This document shows, in pieces, positions 33,711 through 44,725 of a DNA stretch of 64,000 nucleotides. The notes beneath the pieces were generated by a model. That model saw only the letters and a program-made list of their open reading frames with translations. It had not been told where the DNA came from and ran no database searches. The stretch comes from Methanobacteriota archaeon (GTDB lineage Archaea > Methanobacteriota > Methanobacteria > Methanobacteriales > Methanobacteriaceae). The position numbers and the translations under genes are program-made. Location of the stretch: positions 512,001 through 576,000 of the forward strand of contig CAWBCJ010000029.1 in the NCBI GenBank assembly GCA_963787255.1. The letters are read 5' to 3'. Positions within the stretch are counted from its first letter, which is position 1. The number at the start of each line of letters is the position of its first letter.

Positions 33711-34550
33711 ATGAAAGTAAAAGTACTGTTGGAGAATACAAAGCTTAATGATTCCAACTTATGCATTGAACATGGCCTCTCATTACTCATTGAAAAAGAT
33801 AATAAAAGAGTTCTTTTTGATACTGGAGGGCCAAAAGGTTGTGCAATTCAGAATGCTTCCATTTTAGAGGAAGATCTATCTAAAATAGATGCTGTAGTTA
33901 TATCACATGGACACAATGATCATACCGGCGGACTTCTGGATTTCTTTAAATTGAATGATAATGCATTGGTATATCTTAAAAAAGAAGCTTTAAATCCTTA
34001 TTACTCCGAAAAAACATCTAATAAAAAATTTATAGGTACAGATGGTAGAATAGCTGAAAATCACTTTGATAGGTTAAAATTTGTTAACGCCACGTTAGAA
34101 ATTATTCCAGGTATTTTCGTAGTTCCAAATATCTATAAAAAGTTCTCCATCCCTTCAAGCAATAGCAATCTTTTAATGAAGAATGATTATGGCATTTTAG
34201 AGGATACATTTAGTCACGAACTTTTCATGATAATCAAAGAAGACAAATTAACATTATTTTCTGGTTGTGCTCATAATGGCATTAAAAACATTATTAGTAC
34301 AACTAAAGATATATTTCAAGGAATAAAGATAAAAACAATCATTGGAGGATTCCATCTCCAAGCAGGCAAATCCAAATCATTACAAGCCAAAGATGAAGAA
34401 ATTTATAGTATTGCACAATGTTTAATGGACGAAAATATTGAAAAAATATATACCGGACACTGTACGGGAATTAAAGGTTTTAATGTCATGAAATCTGTTT
34501 TAAAAGATAAGATTGAGAGAATTTATAGTGGTAAGGAGATTTTTTTGTAA
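33711..34550 (+). CDS. MBL-fold metallo-hydrolase
   Basis: EHGLS, FDTG, SHGHNDHTGG, GCAH, GGFH and HCTG motifs. Confidence 0.88.
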   Translation: MKVKVLLENTKLNDSNLCIEHGLSLLIEKDNKRVLFDTGGPKGCAIQNASILEEDLSKIDAVVISHGHNDHTGGLLDFFKLNDNALVYLKKEALNPYYSEKTSNKKFIGTDGRIAENHFDRLKFVNATLEIIPGIFVVPNIYKKFSIPSSNSNLLMKNDYGILEDTFSHELFMIIKEDKLTLFSGCAHNGIKNIISTTKDIFQGIKIKTIIGGFHLQAGKSKSLQAKDEEIYSIAQCLMDENIEKIYTGHCTGIKGFNVMKSVLKDKIERIYSGKEIFL

Positions 34551-34605
34551 TTTATAAAAAAAAATCTATAAAAAAGAAATAGGAGTAAATAAGCATTATT
34601 TTAAA

Positions 34606-34695
34606 CTAATTTTTCTTTAATGGATCACTAATTAGTGCATAGAAAATAGAACCAATAGCCAACACTGCTATAGCAATTTTATACGTTTCTAACAT
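34606..34695 (-). CDS. Putative 29-aa single-TM microprotein
   Basis: MLETYKIAIAVLAIGSIFYALISDPLKKN*; GTGTGA RBS-like motif upstream. Confidence 0.5.
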   Translation of the reverse strand: MLETYKIAIAVLAIGSIFYALISDPLKKN

Positions 34696-34780
34696 TTTTA
34701 TCACACTCTTAAATTATTTTATCTGTTAATATGGGGCTAAAAGTCCAGAGTAAATCTAAAACATAAAAATAAAGAATATA

Positions 34781-36376
34781 TTATTCTTTTTTAAACATCT
34801 TTTTTTTCTCTTTGGGTGTTAAATCTTCCACAATATCTCTGGGTAATCCTGTTTTAAGGATTTTACCTCCACGCATAAGGGAAGCATGATCACAAACATC
34901 CATTACAAATTCCATATCATGAGATATTATCAAAAAAGTCTGTTTGAGCTCTTCACGTGCTTTTCTTATTGAATCTGTTACCTGAACTCTTGTTATGGGA
35001 TCCATTGTACCTGTTGGCTCATCAAGAATCACTACATTAGGTTCTTTAATTAAAACTTGGGCTAATGCCACCCTGTGACGTTCTCCACCGCTTAATTCAT
35101 CAGGATATTTGCCTAATAAACTTAAAGTGTATTTTTCATCAAATCCAACAGCTTTGAGCACATATATTGATTTCATTTTTGCAAATTCTGCAGGTAATTC
35201 TAAACTGATTGCTTCAGTAAGATTTCCTAAAACGTTTCTATGCGGATAAAGACTGTATTCCTGGTGAAGAATACCTAAATATGGTTTTACTCTTCCTCTA
35301 AATAATGGACCGGATTTAGTCATATCAATCCATTCATCTCCAAGTTTCATATCTACTATTCCGTTACTTGGCTCTGTTAGTCCATAAAGTATCCTTGAAA
35401 GTGTTGTTTTACCTGCACCGCTTAAACCAACTATTCCAAAGATTTCTCCTTCATTTACAGTAAGATTTACTCCATCCACTGCCTTAACTACTCCTCTTTC
35501 GATAGAATAATAGTGCTTTTTAACATTTTCAAGGTTGATTATAGGATTATTAGTTACTGTTGTTTCCCGTTTCTCGGGTAATGGAACGCTATCCATGAAT
35601 TTTTTGACAACTGTCTCAGGATCTCCTTCATGGATTATTTCTCCCTTTTCAAGCCATATAACATAATCAGACAGCTTTCTCATGACTTCTGGCCAGTGAG
35701 AAGTTATAACCATTGTAGTACCCTTGTTTTTGACACCTTCAAGTAAAGCTTGGTGTAATAGCTCGGCTGTTTGTGGATCTAAAGTACCTGTAGGTTCATC
35801 TGCAAGAAATACCATAGGTTCTTTACCCATTTGCCTTGCAAGCACTACTCTCTGCTTTTCACCACCACTTAAATCTCTTGCAATATGAGTTATCCTGTGG
35901 GTCATTTGGGCCATTTCAATAAGATCTATAGCCATATAAGTGCTTTCTTCATCATCATGACCTTCAATAGATTTTATAACATTATCTATAACTGTATCGT
36001 CTTCATAGAGAGCAAAAGTTCTCTGTAACATTATAGATATTCGGCGTCTTATGGCAGCAAAAACCCGTCTATCACAATTCCAGAAATCTACACTTCTAGC
36101 TTCAAACTGTCCCCCGCATTTACAGGTTTCTTTTACCATTGATTGTGGCTCTACTCTCAAGCATTCTGGACATATTGCAATATTGTAAATTATCTGGCCT
36201 TCATCCGGCTTATATTCCTTCATTCCACGAAGCATGTTTATCAAAACAGACTTTCCTGAACCACTTTTTCCAAGGATACCTAAAACTGTTCCCTCATTTA
36301 CGGTCATGTTTACATTTTTTAAGACTTCTTCATCTTTGAAACTTTTTGTAACATTTTTTATTTCTATAAAAGACAT
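34781..36376 (-). CDS. atwA: Methyl-coenzyme M reductase system component A2
   Basis: Two ABC ATPase domains, CPEC...CKCG Zn insert, [15 protein letters not shown]; GGTGA RBS before ATG 36376. Confidence 0.95.
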   Translation of the reverse strand: MSFIEIKNVTKSFKDEEVLKNVNMTVNEGTVLGILGKSGSGKSVLINMLRGMKEYKPDEGQIIYNIAICPECLRVEPQSMVKETCKCGGQFEARSVDFWNCDRRVFAAIRRRISIMLQRTFALYEDDTVIDNVIKSIEGHDDEESTYMAIDLIEMAQMTHRITHIARDLSGGEKQRVVLARQMGKEPMVFLADEPTGTLDPQTAELLHQALLEGVKNKGTTMVITSHWPEVMRKLSDYVIWLEKGEIIHEGDPETVVKKFMDSVPLPEKRETTVTNNPIINLENVKKHYYSIERGVVKAVDGVNLTVNEGEIFGIVGLSGAGKTTLSRILYGLTEPSNGIVDMKLGDEWIDMTKSGPLFRGRVKPYLGILHQEYSLYPHRNVLGNLTEAISLELPAEFAKMKSIYVLKAVGFDEKYTLSLLGKYPDELSGGERHRVALAQVLIKEPNVVILDEPTGTMDPITRVQVTDSIRKAREELKQTFLIISHDMEFVMDVCDHASLMRGGKILKTGLPRDIVEDLTPKEKKKMFKKE

Positions 36377-36394
36377 GAAAATCACCAATTATTA

Positions 36395-36985
36395 TTAATT
36401 CGCACCACAAAGTGGTGTTTCACATTTGGGACATATAGTATTTTTACAAGGAACTGCGCGTGTTTTTGGAGACTGATATCCACATTTTGGACATTTACAA
36501 ACCCGTGGAGGGCCCACACCCATTCCTTGACCTCCAAAAGATCTTCTTTGGACCAATGCATCATCTGTCTCTTTGAGCTCTTCATTTTCTATAACAATAT
36601 CTATGTTTCCTGAGCCACATTCCGGGCACTCTTCGTACTCTTTTTTAGGGTTACTCCATTTAAACCCACAAATGTTACATTCGTACTTTTTCTTGTCAGT
36701 TATGTGCTCTCCCCCTACTATTATTATTGCATTTCCCTCAATTAAGGCCTTAGATATCTTTTTCCTGGCAGAAGTTAAAATTCGGTGAAATGTAGGCTGT
36801 GAAACTTCCATTATCTCGGCTGATTTTTTTTGTTGAAGGTCATGATAATCTTTGAGTCTTATTGCTTCAAATTCATCTATTGTAATCTCAATAGGTTCAA
36901 GAGAATCTAAATTCTCTTTTTCTGGTTTGAAACAACGTATTTGTGGTTCTTCTGATATCTTTCTAAATATTCGAGGCCTTGACAT
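36395..36985 (-). CDS. DUF134 HTH protein with C-terminal Cys-rich Zn-ribbon domains
   Basis: MSRPR, DEFEAIRLKD, VSQPTFHRIL..ARKK, multiple CxxC motifs. Confidence 0.85.
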   Translation of the reverse strand: MSRPRIFRKISEEPQIRCFKPEKENLDSLEPIEITIDEFEAIRLKDYHDLQQKKSAEIMEVSQPTFHRILTSARKKISKALIEGNAIIIVGGEHITDKKKYECNICGFKWSNPKKEYEECPECGSGNIDIVIENEELKETDDALVQRRSFGGQGMGVGPPRVCKCPKCGYQSPKTRAVPCKNTICPKCETPLCGAN

Positions 36986-36989
36986 AAAC

Positions 36990-37023
36990 GAATATATATT
37001 CAAAACTAAAATATAAGTTTTTT
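36990..37023 (-). promoter_or_regulatory. BRE/TATA promoter with palindromic operator GAATATATATTC
   Basis: Minus strand reads AAAAACTTATAT, then the palindrome at 36990-37001, 4 nt before the ATG. Confidence 0.6.
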
Positions 37024-37039
37024 TATTTATGAAAAATTT

Positions 37040-37402
37040 TTATAATGGAAATCCGCCGGATAAAGAAGTTATTTCTTCTAATTTACCCTCTCTAAAACGT
37101 TCCAAATTTTTCTTCACACTTCCTGAAGTAATTTTAAAAACTTTTATACCTGTATTTTTTAATATATGGAACGCAACTGGACCCAATTTCCCTGAAATTA
37201 AAATTTCAATTTCATGATCAACTATAAACTGTGCTGCAGTGTTTCCTGACCCTGTTTCATTTTTTGCAGGATTTTCAATTGCAGATAAGTCTTTAATTGC
37301 ACCATTTATTAAATCTACAATTATAAAAGCAGAGCTTCTTCCAAATATGGGACTTACTGCAGATTCTAAATTATTTCCTGTTGATGCAACAGCTATTTTC
37401 AT
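37040..37402 (-). CDS. NifB/NifX-family FeMo-co-binding domain protein
   Basis: MKIAVAS, VSPIFGRS..F.IVD, IENP and G..GP.A motifs. Confidence 0.85.
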   Translation of the reverse strand: MKIAVASTGNNLESAVSPIFGRSSAFIIVDLINGAIKDLSAIENPAKNETGSGNTAAQFIVDHEIEILISGKLGPVAFHILKNTGIKVFKITSGSVKKNLERFREGKLEEITSLSGGFPL

Positions 37403-37514
37403 ATTATATATCCCCTTTTTATCTAATTCCATAGATATGTCGTTATTCCAAACTGCTTAATCATTTTTTAATGCTTGAGGAGGTTATACTAGCAATATTA
37501 TATTCATGGTATTA

Positions 37515-37549
37515 TGAATATATATTCAAAATTATAATATAAAGTTTTT
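37515..37549 (-). promoter_or_regulatory. Second copy of the TATA plus TGAATATATATTCA operator
   Basis: Near-identical ~33-nt block to 36990-37023. Confidence 0.6.
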
Positions 37550-37704
37550 GAATTTTCAAAAAAAATGATTCAACAAATTAATTCTAATACTAAAACTATA
37601 AGGATTAACAAAAAAATTTAATTTATAAAATTAATCAAGTAAATATGGCTTATTTAGGATAACAAATAGATTTAATAGTTTATTCAATAATTTATCAATT
37701 AAAT

Positions 37705-38631
37705 TTATACGTCCCATTTTTCCCGCATTCTCTCCACAGCCATTTCATAGTTTGGAATGTTAGTCTGACATCCCTCGGCCTCAACAACAAAAGAAGCCAC
37801 AGATGAAGCGAACTTTGCACAGTATTCAAGGTTACTGCCTTTTAAATAAGCATTTAAAAATGCTGCACGGTAAGAATCTCCAGCACCTGTTGGATTTACA
37901 GGTTCTCGCACGACTGCATCAACTTTTATTTTTTCATCAGCATAAACCATGCTGCCTTCCTTACCGTAGGTTTTAACCACAATTTCAGGGCCTATTTCTT
38001 TTAATTCCCAGATATTTACATTCAATATTTCTAATATTCTGTCAATCTCATAATGGTTCCCAAATAGTATGTTAGAAACGCTAATTACACCTTTAAGCTC
38101 TTCTGGAGAATACATGTGAAGATCTTGACCAGGATCAAAGGATATCATCTTTTCATGTTCAGATGCAAGTTCACCGGATCTCCTATTGAAATTGGGATCA
38201 CCTGTTGCCAAATGAACTGCATTTGCTTTTTTAATGGCTTTTTGTGGTGCTTCTGATTTTTTGAAATAGGCAGCTGCTCCCCAGTAGAAATAACTTATCT
38301 GGTCATTATTGGTATCTGTAAAAACCCATGCCATGGGAGATTTTTCATTTTCAATGACAATCATATTTTCAGTGTCTATTCCCATTTCTTTAAGCTTAGC
38401 GTGATAATTAGAACCCTTAAATTCGGGCCCTACAGCCGATACAAGAGCAGTTTTAAGTCCTAAACTTGCACCTACCATTGAAACATTTGCTGCAGCTCCT
38501 CCATCAAAATTTTTTATTTGTTTTATAAGTGTGGAGGAATTAGGGGCAGGGAACTCCTTAACAAGGACTATAGAATCGAAAGCAGTGTGTCCAATGGCCA
38601 GTAAATCTGTTTTTTTTATCAGAAATATCAC
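37705..38631 (-). CDS. PfkB-family carbohydrate/nucleoside kinase
   Basis: GGAAAN, FDPGQ and PTGAGDSY motifs. Confidence 0.92.
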   Translation of the reverse strand: MIFLIKKTDLLAIGHTAFDSIVLVKEFPAPNSSTLIKQIKNFDGGAAANVSMVGASLGLKTALVSAVGPEFKGSNYHAKLKEMGIDTENMIVIENEKSPMAWVFTDTNNDQISYFYWGAAAYFKKSEAPQKAIKKANAVHLATGDPNFNRRSGELASEHEKMISFDPGQDLHMYSPEELKGVISVSNILFGNHYEIDRILEILNVNIWELKEIGPEIVVKTYGKEGSMVYADEKIKVDAVVREPVNPTGAGDSYRAAFLNAYLKGSNLEYCAKFASSVASFVVEAEGCQTNIPNYEMAVERMREKWDV

Positions 38632-39208
38632 CTTTTGCTAATTTGTATTTAATTTATATGAATAATGTAACTACTATTGATTTCATTTTTTAGACTTTTA
38701 GGATTTTATTTTACAACTATTTAAAATTTTTCGAAGTTATATGGCTTTATAAAGGTTTTTAATGTTTTATTAGTTTGGAACAAATTAAGAAGAAAGAGGC
38801 TAATGAATAAATTAACTTTTATTATCACTTTAACTATATATCTACTTTTTATTTTAGATTTAAGCATATTATAAACAATTTAATGGATCATTAACTGAAA
38901 AATCAGCATTTTTAAGTTAAATTATCTCCATATTGTCATTAATTTATTTTTTTGATCATAGTTATAAGATTATGTCCAGGAGTATTAAATGAAAAAGAAC
39001 TAAAAAATCGCGAAATAATGCATTTACCCTCAAAATTAGGAAAAGCAATAATTGAACTTGAAAAAAGACAACATGATATTGGAAGCAATGGGAAATAATC
39101 TTTCAAGGGCATATAATTGCAGTAAAAAAAGCAGAATTAGATGCATTGGAGCATCTTCCCTTGGATGAAGAAGTTAAACTCCTTCTGGACAAATATTAAA
39201 AATCGCCT

Positions 39209-40127
39209 TTATTTTGATTCCTTTTCCCCTAAAACATCGCTGGGTTTACTAACTCTAACTGGTTCAATTTCAACCTCTTTTGGAGGTTGTAATTTCTTAA
39301 TATCTTCACTTAGCTCATCTATACCTTCAGGAACCCGATTAAATAGTTTATTGAATAATCCAAGGTTTTTTAAAGTGTTTATTGCTTCCAGGGACATTAA
39401 AAGATAATGATCCAACTTCCTTGTTTTTGCCTCTAATTCAATTATATTTTCGTCCTTTTTATTAGCAACTTCTTGAAGATGTCTGTAATTATTTATAAGT
39501 TTATTATATTCCCTTTGAATGTTTTGGAGTCTGTTAAGTTCTATTTTGTGCTCTTCTATTTCTTTTTCCTGGTTTGATTTAATTTTTAGAATGTTTCCAT
39601 AGGTGCGTTTTATTTTTTCCAGTTCTTCTTCTTTGGTTTTAATATCATTTTTAAGCCCTAAAGTTCCAACCTTGTATATTTCCACCTGCTTTTTGAGGTT
39701 TCCTTCTTCTTCAAGCTTACTTAGGAGGGACGCATTTTCGTTTTCAAGCTTCTTTTTTATTTCCTCAATTTCAGATTCCTTAATTTCTAGAAGTTGCTTT
39801 AATTCATCTGATTCACTTCATATATTTGTTTTCAAAGTCATTTAGTTTAGATTTATAGCTTTCTTCTATTTCTTCATTTTTTGAGATTGCTTTTTGAATT
39901 TCCAGGTCCTTTTCCTGTATTTTAAGGTCTTTTAATCGGATTTCCAAATTTCCGGATTCTAATTTTGCCATAAGTACTTTTGATTTCTGCAGTTTGTTTT
40001 CATATTCTCTTTTACTCACTATAACTACTTCTTCTATGGTTTCAAGATTATTTGCCTTTAATTCGTCTTCTTCTATCTCAACAACGTACTTATTGTATCT
40101 TTTGATTTTCTTTTTTAAGACACCCAT
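39209..40127 (-). CDS. Coiled-coil protein of ~306 aa, one frameshift near 39820
   Basis: Both E/K-rich ORFs join after one shift (…SESDELKQLLEIKE…KKQVEIYK); C-terminal LGLFNKLF amphipathic motif. Confidence 0.6.
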
Positions 40128-40221
40128 GGAAACCCCTCATTTTTTTTAACAAAAATCTATTTTTTCTATAACTTTTTCATAATTTTAAAATTTATCGGTG
40201 AATTATAATTGTAGAAAAATA

Positions 40222-41100
40222 TTACCTTATTCTTTCAAATCCACATTTTTCCACTATTTTTTGCCCTTTAAAAGTTAAAATGAAATTTAAAAAATCATTT
40301 ATTCTCTCATCTTCCTTATTACATGCAACAAAGCTTATAATATGCCGTGTTTCATCTTTTAAAAGATTTGAACCTTCTTCTAGACTATGGCTTATGAATG
40401 TATAAGAATCAGGAGTATTTTTTATAAATTTCAGGGTATCGTAGGGTGATTTAAACCCAGTTTTTAATTTGTATGGAATTCCTCTATCGTCTAGAGTATT
40501 CCAGGCAAGTCTTTGGGGTGAATCTTCTATCTCAATAAAAACTTTATCTTTCAAGTCATTTATGCTGCTTATTTGCGTATTTTTGCCGGATATAAGCACC
40601 ATATAGTCATATGCTATTGGAGTAAAGTCTAAATCATTGATTAAAACATGAACTGGATCGTCAAGTGCTAATATATCCACCATATCAAGATCTGCAAGAT
40701 AAAGCGCGTTTTTATCTCCTGATTTATAAACCGCAGCTTCAAGTCCGTATTCAATTGATAAAATTTCCATTAGTCTTGAAGACGCGTATCCACCGCATAT
40801 TATAATCTTTTCATGCTTTTTAAGTCTTGTTGCATATTTTTCATATTTTTTTAGAATTTTTTGTGCATCTTCAGTTAGTATAGAGCCGGCACCAGTGCTA
40901 AAGACGAGTTTAAATCCTAATTTTTCTTCGGCGTGCTTTATACGTCGGTTTAAAACCGCATGGGATATGCCAATATTTTCAGCTGCTTTACGCTGAGAAT
41001 AAGTCTTTGAAACCACTTTGAGAGCTTCAAAAAGCCTGTAACTGTAAGTATTTCCATCTATAATAATGCTTACTTTAGGTTTATATTCCATTAAAACCAC
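40222..41100 (-). CDS. ModE/LysR-type HTH regulator with PBP-like domain
   Basis: SQRKAAENIGISHAVLNRRI..AEEKLGFKLV...GAGS.LT. Confidence 0.8.
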   Translation of the reverse strand: MVLMEYKPKVSIIIDGNTYSYRLFEALKVVSKTYSQRKAAENIGISHAVLNRRIKHAEEKLGFKLVFSTGAGSILTEDAQKILKKYEKYATRLKKHEKIIICGGYASSRLMEILSIEYGLEAAVYKSGDKNALYLADLDMVDILALDDPVHVLINDLDFTPIAYDYMVLISGKNTQISSINDLKDKVFIEIEDSPQRLAWNTLDDRGIPYKLKTGFKSPYDTLKFIKNTPDSYTFISHSLEEGSNLLKDETRHIISFVACNKEDERINDFLNFILTFKGQKIVEKCGFERIR

Positions 41101-41238
41101 TTTGTGAAATGTTTTTCCTTATTTTTAATGTAGTAATTCTATTTACTATATAGGTTGATTATAACCAAAGTCAGTATTTATATGTGGATATACTATAGGA
41201 ATATTAAGAAAACATAATTCTGCAACCGGTGAGAAAAA

Positions 41239-41823
41239 ATGATTATAAACGAAGCCATAGACGAAATAATAACCAATGTAAAAGAAGTATCGGCTGAAGT
41301 AGACAGCGAACGCATCAATCAAATGCTTGAAATGTTAATTTCTGCAAACAACGTTTTTATAATTGGTCTTGGAAGATCAGGGCTGGTTGCAAGGGCTTTT
41401 GCCATGAGATTAATGCACCTTGGAATAAGCGTTTATGTGGTTGGAGAAACCATAACTCCTGCTATTAACTCTGATGATTGTTTGCTTGCAATCTCTGGGT
41501 CCGGAGAAACCAGCTTTATCATCAGCACTGCTAAAATAAGCAAGAAAAGAAATGCAAAAATAATTGCAGTAACTTCATACGAGGATTCTACCCTTGGAAA
41601 TCTTTCTGATCTTATTATACATGTTAAAGGCCGAACTAAAATTGATTCTGAAAAGGATTACATTAAACGCCAGATAAATGGAAAACATCAGCCTTTAGCA
41701 CCTCTGGGAACATTGTTTGAAGTTTCAACCCTCATATTCCTTGAAGGGGTTATTGCAGAGCTTATGAATAAAATGGGTAAAACTGAGGACGATTTAAAGG
41801 CGAGGCATACGGTTTTGGAATAA
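41239..41823 (+). CDS. hxlB: 6-phospho-3-hexuloisomerase
   Basis: [28 protein letters not shown] and C-terminal RHTVLE. Confidence 0.95.
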   Translation: MIINEAIDEIITNVKEVSAEVDSERINQMLEMLISANNVFIIGLGRSGLVARAFAMRLMHLGISVYVVGETITPAINSDDCLLAISGSGETSFIISTAKISKKRNAKIIAVTSYEDSTLGNLSDLIIHVKGRTKIDSEKDYIKRQINGKHQPLAPLGTLFEVSTLIFLEGVIAELMNKMGKTEDDLKARHTVLE

Positions 41824-41848
41824 TATTTTTTAGCTGGAGATCAAAGAT

Positions 41849-42430
41849 ATGCATATTAACTGGTTATACAAAAACTGGGCCAAAATATGCATTATTTTAT
41901 CAATAATAGTTACAATATTCATTTTTTCAGTGATAAAAACAGATAATATGGTCCTGTTTTTAATATGGATTCAAATACCAATTTATTTACTTCACCAGTT
42001 TGAAGAACATGCATGGCCCGGTGGATTCAGAAAATATGTAAATTTAAAAATATTCAACATAAAAAGCGGAGAATATCCATTAAACGATATAAATGTTTTC
42101 TGGATTAATATACCCGTTATTTGGGTATTAATGCCAATATTCGCTGCTTTATCTTATGTAAATTTGTTTTTTGGTTTATGGATCCCTTATTTTGCTGTTT
42201 TAAACAGTCTGACTCATGTTATTGCAGCAATCGTAAAACAGGAATATAATCCTGGTCTTTTTATTAGTCTTATATTGGGAATTCCAGTAGGTTTATATGC
42301 TTTATGGATGTTTTATGCTTTAATAAGCGTACCTATTGTTGTTACAGCTATATCAATACTGGTGGCAGTTTTAATGCATCTATTTTTAATTATTTTTATT
42401 AGAAAAAGATATAATGAATTTAAAACTTAA
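41849..42430 (+). CDS. HXXEE-domain membrane protein
   Basis: HQFEEH..PGGF and YNPGL motifs. Confidence 0.85.
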   Translation: MHINWLYKNWAKICIILSIIVTIFIFSVIKTDNMVLFLIWIQIPIYLLHQFEEHAWPGGFRKYVNLKIFNIKSGEYPLNDINVFWINIPVIWVLMPIFAALSYVNLFFGLWIPYFAVLNSLTHVIAAIVKQEYNPGLFISLILGIPVGLYALWMFYALISVPIVVTAISILVAVLMHLFLIIFIRKRYNEFKT

Positions 42431-42477
42431 ACTAAATATAATTTAAGATATTTCAAATAAAAGGGGAAATATTTTCT

Positions 42478-43203
42478 ATGTCCACAAAGGGAAAAATAGT
42501 TTTAATAATTCTAATTATATTACTTGCAGCGACTATTGCTTACTTAATTTGGCCAAAATCTGGCGAAACTCAGCAAATGATAGTTACAGGTACTGTTGAT
42601 CTCCCGGAACCTCAAATAACAGGCACTATGTCTGTAGAGCAGGCAATACATGATAGAAGATCTGTTAGAAGATATACTAACGAATCTTTAACTTTACAAG
42701 ACGTTTCGCAGCTTATGTGGGCTGCACAGGGAATTACAAACCAAACAACGAAATTTAGAACTGCACCATCAGCGGGGCACACTTTTCCTCTTGAAGTATA
42801 CATTTTAATAGGTAAAGGTAGTGTAAATGGATTAAATGAAGGAGTATACCATTACAATCCTTTCAATAACACATTGGAACAGATTTTTGGTAGTGATGTG
42901 CGTTCTGAGTTATCACAAGCTGCAAATGGACAACCGTGGGTAAAGGAAGCTCCTGTAAGCATTATAATTACTGGAAATTATCAGAAAATGATAGATAAAT
43001 ATAAGGACGAAAAGTTGAGCACTCGTTTTGTAGATATGGAAGCGGGACACGCCGGGCAGAACATATATCTTGAATCAGAGGCCAGAAATCTGGCAACAGT
43101 GGCTTTAGGTTCCTTTAAAGATGATCAGGTTCATCAGATACTTAGAATACCAGGTAATGAAAAAACGCTTTATATATACCCTGTAGGTCATTCAGGACTT
43201 TAA
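42478..43203 (+). CDS. SagB/ThcOx-type nitroreductase with N-terminal TM anchor
   Basis: RRSVRRY, WAAQG, RTAPSAG and EAGHAGQN motifs. Confidence 0.88.
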   Translation: MSTKGKIVLIILIILLAATIAYLIWPKSGETQQMIVTGTVDLPEPQITGTMSVEQAIHDRRSVRRYTNESLTLQDVSQLMWAAQGITNQTTKFRTAPSAGHTFPLEVYILIGKGSVNGLNEGVYHYNPFNNTLEQIFGSDVRSELSQAANGQPWVKEAPVSIIITGNYQKMIDKYKDEKLSTRFVDMEAGHAGQNIYLESEARNLATVALGSFKDDQVHQILRIPGNEKTLYIYPVGHSGL

Positions 43204-43247
43204 AACTATTTTTTTTATTAAAAACTCTAAAATTATATAAATATGGA

Positions 43248-44000
43248 TTAATATGAAATCCTTTCGGGGTGAGTGTAGATATTAAATCTATTTCCCCTTA
43301 CAAACCCAATTATTGTGACATTTGCTTCTTCACCAACCATGTAGCCTGAGGATGTAGGTGCAGATTTAGAGGCTATAATTGGTATTCCAACTCTTGCAAT
43401 CTTTATTATCATGTCTCCAGGCATTCTGCCGCTTGAAAACATGAAACTATTGGAAAAATCAATTCCCTGCAATTCTGCAGCTCCAACAACCTTATCTATG
43501 GCCACATGCCGGCTAACATCTTCAATGGCAATGAAATTATCTTCATTTACAATTGCTGCAATATGAGTTCCTCCGGTAGCACTCCATACTGTAGATCTTT
43601 CCCTTAAATTTTTGGATGCTTCCAGAATCATCTCTTTTGATATATTGTATTTTGATTCAACTTTTTTTGTTAAATCTATTTTGCTTCTCATTCCGCCGAA
43701 GCAATCAGAACTCATTACAAGTTCTCTTCGTAAATCAAAATCAGCAAGGTCAGTTTCAACTTTAATGGTTTTATTTTCAATTTCAAGTTTTGTTATATCG
43801 TCTTTAGAGCTTAATAATCCTTCACCAAGTAAATATCCGATCAAAAACTCTTTTAAGTGGCTTGGACTCATTGAAAAAGTTCCAATAACTGTTTTATTTA
43901 CTATAACTTTTATTTCCTGATCATCACTTATTATTTCTTCTATTTCAAGAGTTTCTTTGCCCACCCTTATTGCATTTACTTTTTTAACCATTTCTGGCAT
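43248..44000 (-). CDS. fdhD: FdhD sulfur-carrier protein
   Basis: TGGTH, EDVSRHVAIDK, SSGR, SKSAPT and GFVRG..FNIY motifs. Confidence 0.93.
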   Translation of the reverse strand: MPEMVKKVNAIRVGKETLEIEEIISDDQEIKVIVNKTVIGTFSMSPSHLKEFLIGYLLGEGLLSSKDDITKLEIENKTIKVETDLADFDLRRELVMSSDCFGGMRSKIDLTKKVESKYNISKEMILEASKNLRERSTVWSATGGTHIAAIVNEDNFIAIEDVSRHVAIDKVVGAAELQGIDFSNSFMFSSGRMPGDMIIKIARVGIPIIASKSAPTSSGYMVGEEANVTIIGFVRGNRFNIYTHPERISY

Positions 44001-44204
44001 GATTTTACCTCGCTGATTAGAGTTTTTATTCCAAAAATATTTATAGATATATTTAGATTATAGATTTTAGTAAATAAATTTATTTGAACAGTAATTTAAT
44101 TAAATGGCTGTTAAAATGCTTAAATTATTAAAATAGTATTAAATACTTATTTTTTTAATAAAAAATTGATTCTTAAGTTAAATCATTAAAAAAGTAAATT
44201 GGTG

Positions 44205-44546
44205 TTATTTTGACATGGGAGTAGTAGATGTTTCAGAACCTTCTACTATGTCATCAACCCAAGACATGGCTGCTGCAACGTTAGGATAACCTATGGTATT
44301 AGTTAAAATGAGCAGAGAATGATAAAGCTCTTCATCTGTAGCACCGTGCATCCTAGCCCTTCTTGCATGGCTGTGAACACCTCCTTCAGATCTTATGGCT
44401 GCAGAAGCTGCAAGCTGTATAAGATGACACTCTTTTTCATCTAAAGGCCCTATTTTCTTTGCCACACGACCTAATTCATCTAAAGCCTCTCCGTACTCTT
44501 TAAACCTTTTGGTAATGGTCTTATAATTATCTGGTAATTCATTCAT
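44205..44546 (-). CDS. Carboxymuconolactone decarboxylase/AhpD-family protein
   Basis: PLDEK..HLIQLA..AA, SHARRA...GAT.EE and IGYP; no CxxC. Confidence 0.82.
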   Translation of the reverse strand: MNELPDNYKTITKRFKEYGEALDELGRVAKKIGPLDEKECHLIQLAASAAIRSEGGVHSHARRARMHGATDEELYHSLLILTNTIGYPNVAAAMSWVDDIVEGSETSTTPMSK

Positions 44547-44725
44547 GGTTTATCACCTTCAAGTTTTTAATATATAATTTAAATTATATATTACTATTTT
44601 TTTGATTAGATATTATTTTTACCGGATAAAATTTGAATGTAAGTTAAAAAAAAGTAAAAAAAATACTATTTTAAATATATAATCTGAAAAATTCGATGTA
44701 GTGGATTGTATTTAAATAACTTTAT

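Noticed and set aside
38985-39200. Coding-like fragments on the + strand
   Set aside because: Broken frames and no recognisable family; cannot be supported.
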